From: Candidatus Omnitrophota bacterium
GTDB taxonomy: Bacteria; Omnitrophota; Gorgyraeia; Gygaellales; JBFMHM01
Direction of reading: 5' to 3'
NCBI GenBank assembly: GCA_040753015.1
Contig: JBFMHM010000001.1
Coordinates: 147,157-211,156, forward strand
Length of the DNA stretch: 64,000 nucleotides
Shown in pieces: positions 61,202 to 64,000 of the stretch (positions are counted from its first letter, which is position 1; every line of letters begins with the position of its first letter). The translations under genes and the position numbers were made by a program. Under the pieces are notes generated by a model, which saw nothing but the letters and a program-made list of their open reading frames with translations, was not told the DNA's origin and did no database searches.

Positions 61202-64000
61202 CTAGCACCTTTTTTAAATATCCAGCAGTATATGATCTTTTATTTTTTATTAATTCCTTGGGGCTCCCCTGAAAAACAACCTCCCCACCTCTATCACCAC
61301 CATCAGGGCCAAGATCAATAATATAATCGCAGGATTTTATAACATCAAGATTGTGCTCAATAACTAAAACCGTGTTTCCGCGGTCTATCAAACGCTGTAA
61401 AACAGAAATTAGCTTGTCTACATCGGCAAAATGAAGCCCGGTTGTCGGTTCGTCTAAAAGATAAAGCGTGTTGCCTGTTGAAAAGCGGCTTAGTTCGCTG
61501 GAGAGTTTCATCCTTTGCGCTTCTCCTCCTGATAGTGTAGTCGCTGGCTGCCCCAACTGAATATAACCTAAGCCCACATCAAAAACTGTCTGTAAAATAT
61601 TTTTTATTCTCGGAATATCTTTAAAATATTCTAGCGCTTCTTCTATACTCATTGCTAATATATCAGCTATTGATTTTCCTTTAAACTTAACCTCGAGTGT
61701 TTGTTCATTAAAACGCAAGCCCCGGCAAATTTCACATTCAACATAAACATCCGGCAAAAAATGCATCTCGATTTTCTTTGTTCCATCACCGCTACAGGCT
61801 TCGCATCTGCCACCTTTTACATTAAAACTAAAACGCCCCGGCTTAAACCCGCGAACCCGTGATTCTGGTAGCTGGCTAAAAATATCTCTAATGTATGAAA
61901 AAACTCCTGTGTAAGTAGCAGGATTAGACCGTGGCGTGCGGCCAATAGGAGCTTGATCAACCATCACAACCTTATCAATGTGTTCTATACCTTTTATTAT
62001 AGCATACTCGCCAGGCTTATCTTTTGTTTTATAAAGTTTTTTTGTAATTGCTTTATAGAGAATATCATAAACTAATGTTGACTTACCTGATCCAGAAACG
62101 CCAGTAACGCAATTAAATACGCCTAGGGGGATTGCTATATCAATATTTTTAAGATTATGTTCGCGTAAACCAAATATTTCTATTTTTTTATTATCTTTAA
62201 AATGGCGTCTTTTTTTGGGAACTTCTATCTTCAATTCTCCATTTAAAAATTTAGCAGTTAATGAATCTTTTGATTCGAGCAAGCTTTTGTTATTTCCGCT
62301 AAAAATAACCTCGCCGCCAAACCGCCCAGCCCCTGGGCCAAGGTCAACTATAAAATCTGCATTTCGCATGGTTTCTTCATCATGCTCAACTATAACCAAA
62401 GTATTACCTAAATCTCTTAACTCTTTTAAAGTAAAAAGAAGCTTCTCGTTATCTTTTTGATGTAATCCAATTGTTGGTTCATCCAAAACATACAATACCC
62501 CAACTAATTTTGAGCCAACTTGTGTTGCAAGACGAATCCTTTGCGCCTCCCCTCCGGAAAGTGTTTGGCTCTTTCTATCTAATGTCAAATACCCCAGCCC
62601 CACATCCAAACAAAACTTCAGCCTCTGTTGAATTTCTTTTAAAACATCTTTTGCAATCAACTTCTTTTCGCCGCTTAAATTTAATCTCTCAAAAAACTGT
62701 GCTGCTTTTTCAATTGAAAATTTACTCACATCCCAAATTGAATTATTATCAATCAAAACAGACAAGCTTTCTTTCTTAAGGCGGCTGCCATTGCAGGTTG
62801 CGCAAGAAGAGGCCACCATAAAACGAGTTAACTCCTCTTTTAAATAATCGCTGTCTGTAGTTTTAAATAATCGTTCTAAATGCGGGATTATTCCTTCATA
62901 TGACTTTCCCCAAATTTCAGTATCTGTTCCATAAAGCAGGGCCTTTTGTATAGCTTTGCTTAATTTATAAAATGGCGTATCCAAATCAAACCCTAAATTT
63001 CGTGACAATTCTCTAATTAATGCCCGATAATAAAGGATATATCCTCTGCCGCCGCGACGCCAAACTTCAATTGCCCCTTCGTTAATTGACTTTTTCTTAT
63101 CAGGAATAGCTAAGTCAATATCAAACTCCATTCTTGTGCCTAAACCGCCGCAATCAGGACAAGCACCATAAGGAGAATTAAATGAAAATATACGCGGAGA
63201 GATTTCCGGATAACTTATGCCGCAATGGATGCAAGCAAGATGCTCGCTAAAAATCAGTTCTTCGGCTCTTCGGCTCTTCTGTTCGCCTGTTAACTGACGA
63301 ACCGGCGAACTAGCGAGCTGGCGAACCATAACAATGCCTTTGCTAACATTCAACGCTGTTTCAATAGAATCTGTTAGGCGCTTTTTGACATTGTCTCCTA
63401 TAATCAATCTATCAACAACAACTTCTATATTATGCAGCTTATATTTGTCTAATTTAATCTTATCTTTATCTTTTAGCTCATAAATCTTTCCATCAATTCT
63501 CAAGCGCATAAAACCACTTTTTTGCACCTGTTTAAAAATATCGCGGTATTCTCCTTTTTTGCCTCTTATCAAAGGCGCAAAAATCTGAATTTGGGACCCC
63601 TTAGGTAAATCTAAAATCTTTTTTACAATTTCCTGCGATGACTGCCTTGTAATTGGTTTTCTACAATTATAACAAAATGGCTCACCAACCCTAGCAAACA
63701 AAAGCCTTAAATAATCATAAATTTCTGTTTGAGTAGCAACTGTTGAACGAGGATTTCCTGAGGCAGTGCGTTGTTCTATGGCAATTGCCGGAGAAAGCCC
63801 TTCAATATTTTCCACATTTGGCTTTTGTAATTGCTCCAAGAATTGACGGGCATAACTAGATAAGCTTTCAACATAGCGGCGCTGGCCTTCGGCATAAATT
63901 GTGTCAAATGCTAAAGATGATTTTCCTGACCCTGAAAGCCCGGTAATTACAATTAATTTATTGCGCGGCAGCTCTAAATTAATATTCTTTAAATTATGCT
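61191..64000 (-). CDS. uvrA: Excinuclease ABC subunit A (5' partial)
   Basis: Frame continues past the ORF-track start to the edge ([30 protein letters not shown]); two LSGGEAQR signatures; Zn fingers. Confidence 0.98.
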   Translation of the reverse strand, partial: HNLKNINLELPRNKLIVITGLSGSGKSSLAFDTIYAEGQRRYVESLSSYARQFLEQLQKPNVENIEGLSPAIAIEQRTASGNPRSTVATQTEIYDYLRLLFARVGEPFCYNCRKPITRQSSQEIVKKILDLPKGSQIQIFAPLIRGKKGEYRDIFKQVQKSGFMRLRIDGKIYELKDKDKIKLDKYKLHNIEVVVDRLIIGDNVKKRLTDSIETALNVSKGIVMVRQLASSPVRQLTGEQKSRRAEELIFSEHLACIHCGISYPEISPRIFSFNSPYGACPDCGGLGTRMEFDIDLAIPDKKKSINEGAIEVWRRGGRGYILYYRALIRELSRNLGFDLDTPFYKLSKAIQKALLYGTDTEIWGKSYEGIIPHLERLFKTTDSDYLKEELTRFMVASSCATCNGSRLKKESLSVLIDNNSIWDVSKFSIEKAAQFFERLNLSGEKKLIAKDVLKEIQQRLKFCLDVGLGYLTLDRKSQTLSGGEAQRIRLATQVGSKLVGVLYVLDEPTIGLHQKDNEKLLFTLKELRDLGNTLVIVEHDEETMRNADFIVDLGPGAGRFGGEVIFSGNNKSLLESKDSLTAKFLNGELKIEVPKKRRHFKDNKKIEIFGLREHNLKNIDIAIPLGVFNCVTGVSGSGKSTLVYDILYKAITKKLYKTKDKPGEYAIIKGIEHIDKVVMVDQAPIGRTPRSNPATYTGVFSYIRDIFSQLPESRVRGFKPGRFSFNVKGGRCEACSGDGTKKIEMHFLPDVYVECEICRGLRFNEQTLEVKFKGKSIADILAMSIEEALEYFKDIPRIKNILQTVFDVGLGYIQLGQPATTLSGGEAQRMKLSSELSRFSTGNTLYLLDEPTTGLHFADVDKLISVLQRLIDRGNTVLVIEHNLDVIKSCDYIIDLGPDGGDRGGEVVFQGSPKELIKNKRSYTAGYLKKVLDDG
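63258..63327. repeat. Inverted octamer arrays inside uvrA
   Basis: ttcttcgg ctcttcgg ctcttctg ttcgcctg | ttaa | ctgacgaa ccggcgaa ctagcgag ctggcgaa; encodes [23 protein letters not shown]. Confidence 0.8.

Noticed and set aside
5041-62779. Many plus-strand ORFs of 60-193 aa (e.g. 10315-10896, 41679-42116, 52954-53370)
   Set aside because: All lie antisense to well-conserved genes and show no recognisable motifs
63837-64000. uvrA truncated at the ORF-track start 63839
   Set aside because: The frame stays open to the window edge and includes Walker A, so this is an edge effect and not a pseudogene
1-64000. Transposases, integrases, prophage genes, rRNA or stop-codon recoding
   Set aside because: None recognisable; TGA and TAG end conserved genes at expected positions

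Overview
AT-rich, gene-dense bacterial window in which every credible gene lies on the minus strand; TAA, TAG and TGA all serve as stops. Gene content (TonB/ExbBD, PilT, no rpmD, tailed L17) suggests a diderm, possibly PVC-related lineage such as Ca. Omnitrophota; this is an inference, not a search result. In transcription order (right to left): partial uvrA; a TPR-ExbB-ExbD-TonB-like-Zn ribbon-wHTH-pilin-like cluster; a strong sigma70 promoter and a ~37 kb run of tRNA-Thr, rpmG, tRNA-Trp, secE, nusG, rplKAJL, rpoBC, str, S10, spc and alpha, continuing into aspC, leuC-like, pilT, leuD-like, icd, mdh and lpd; a glycolipid-like cluster with cobO; a riboswitch-controlled B12 salvage operon (btuFCD, cobC, cobU, a 54-aa peptide missing from the ORF track, a radical SAM/SPASM enzyme, cobT, cobS, DUF71, a second riboswitch, btuB, exbBD, tonB); then a tandem CBM-like secreted protein coupled to a signal-peptide-bearing SpvB/FG-GAP/TcdB-like RHS-type protein that runs off the left edge. 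Best leads: the peptide plus rSAM pair inside the B12 operon, short repeat or palindrome inserts read in frame in cobT, cobC and uvrA, the secreted TcB-like/CBM pair, pilT splitting leuC/leuD, and the amphipathic tail on L17.
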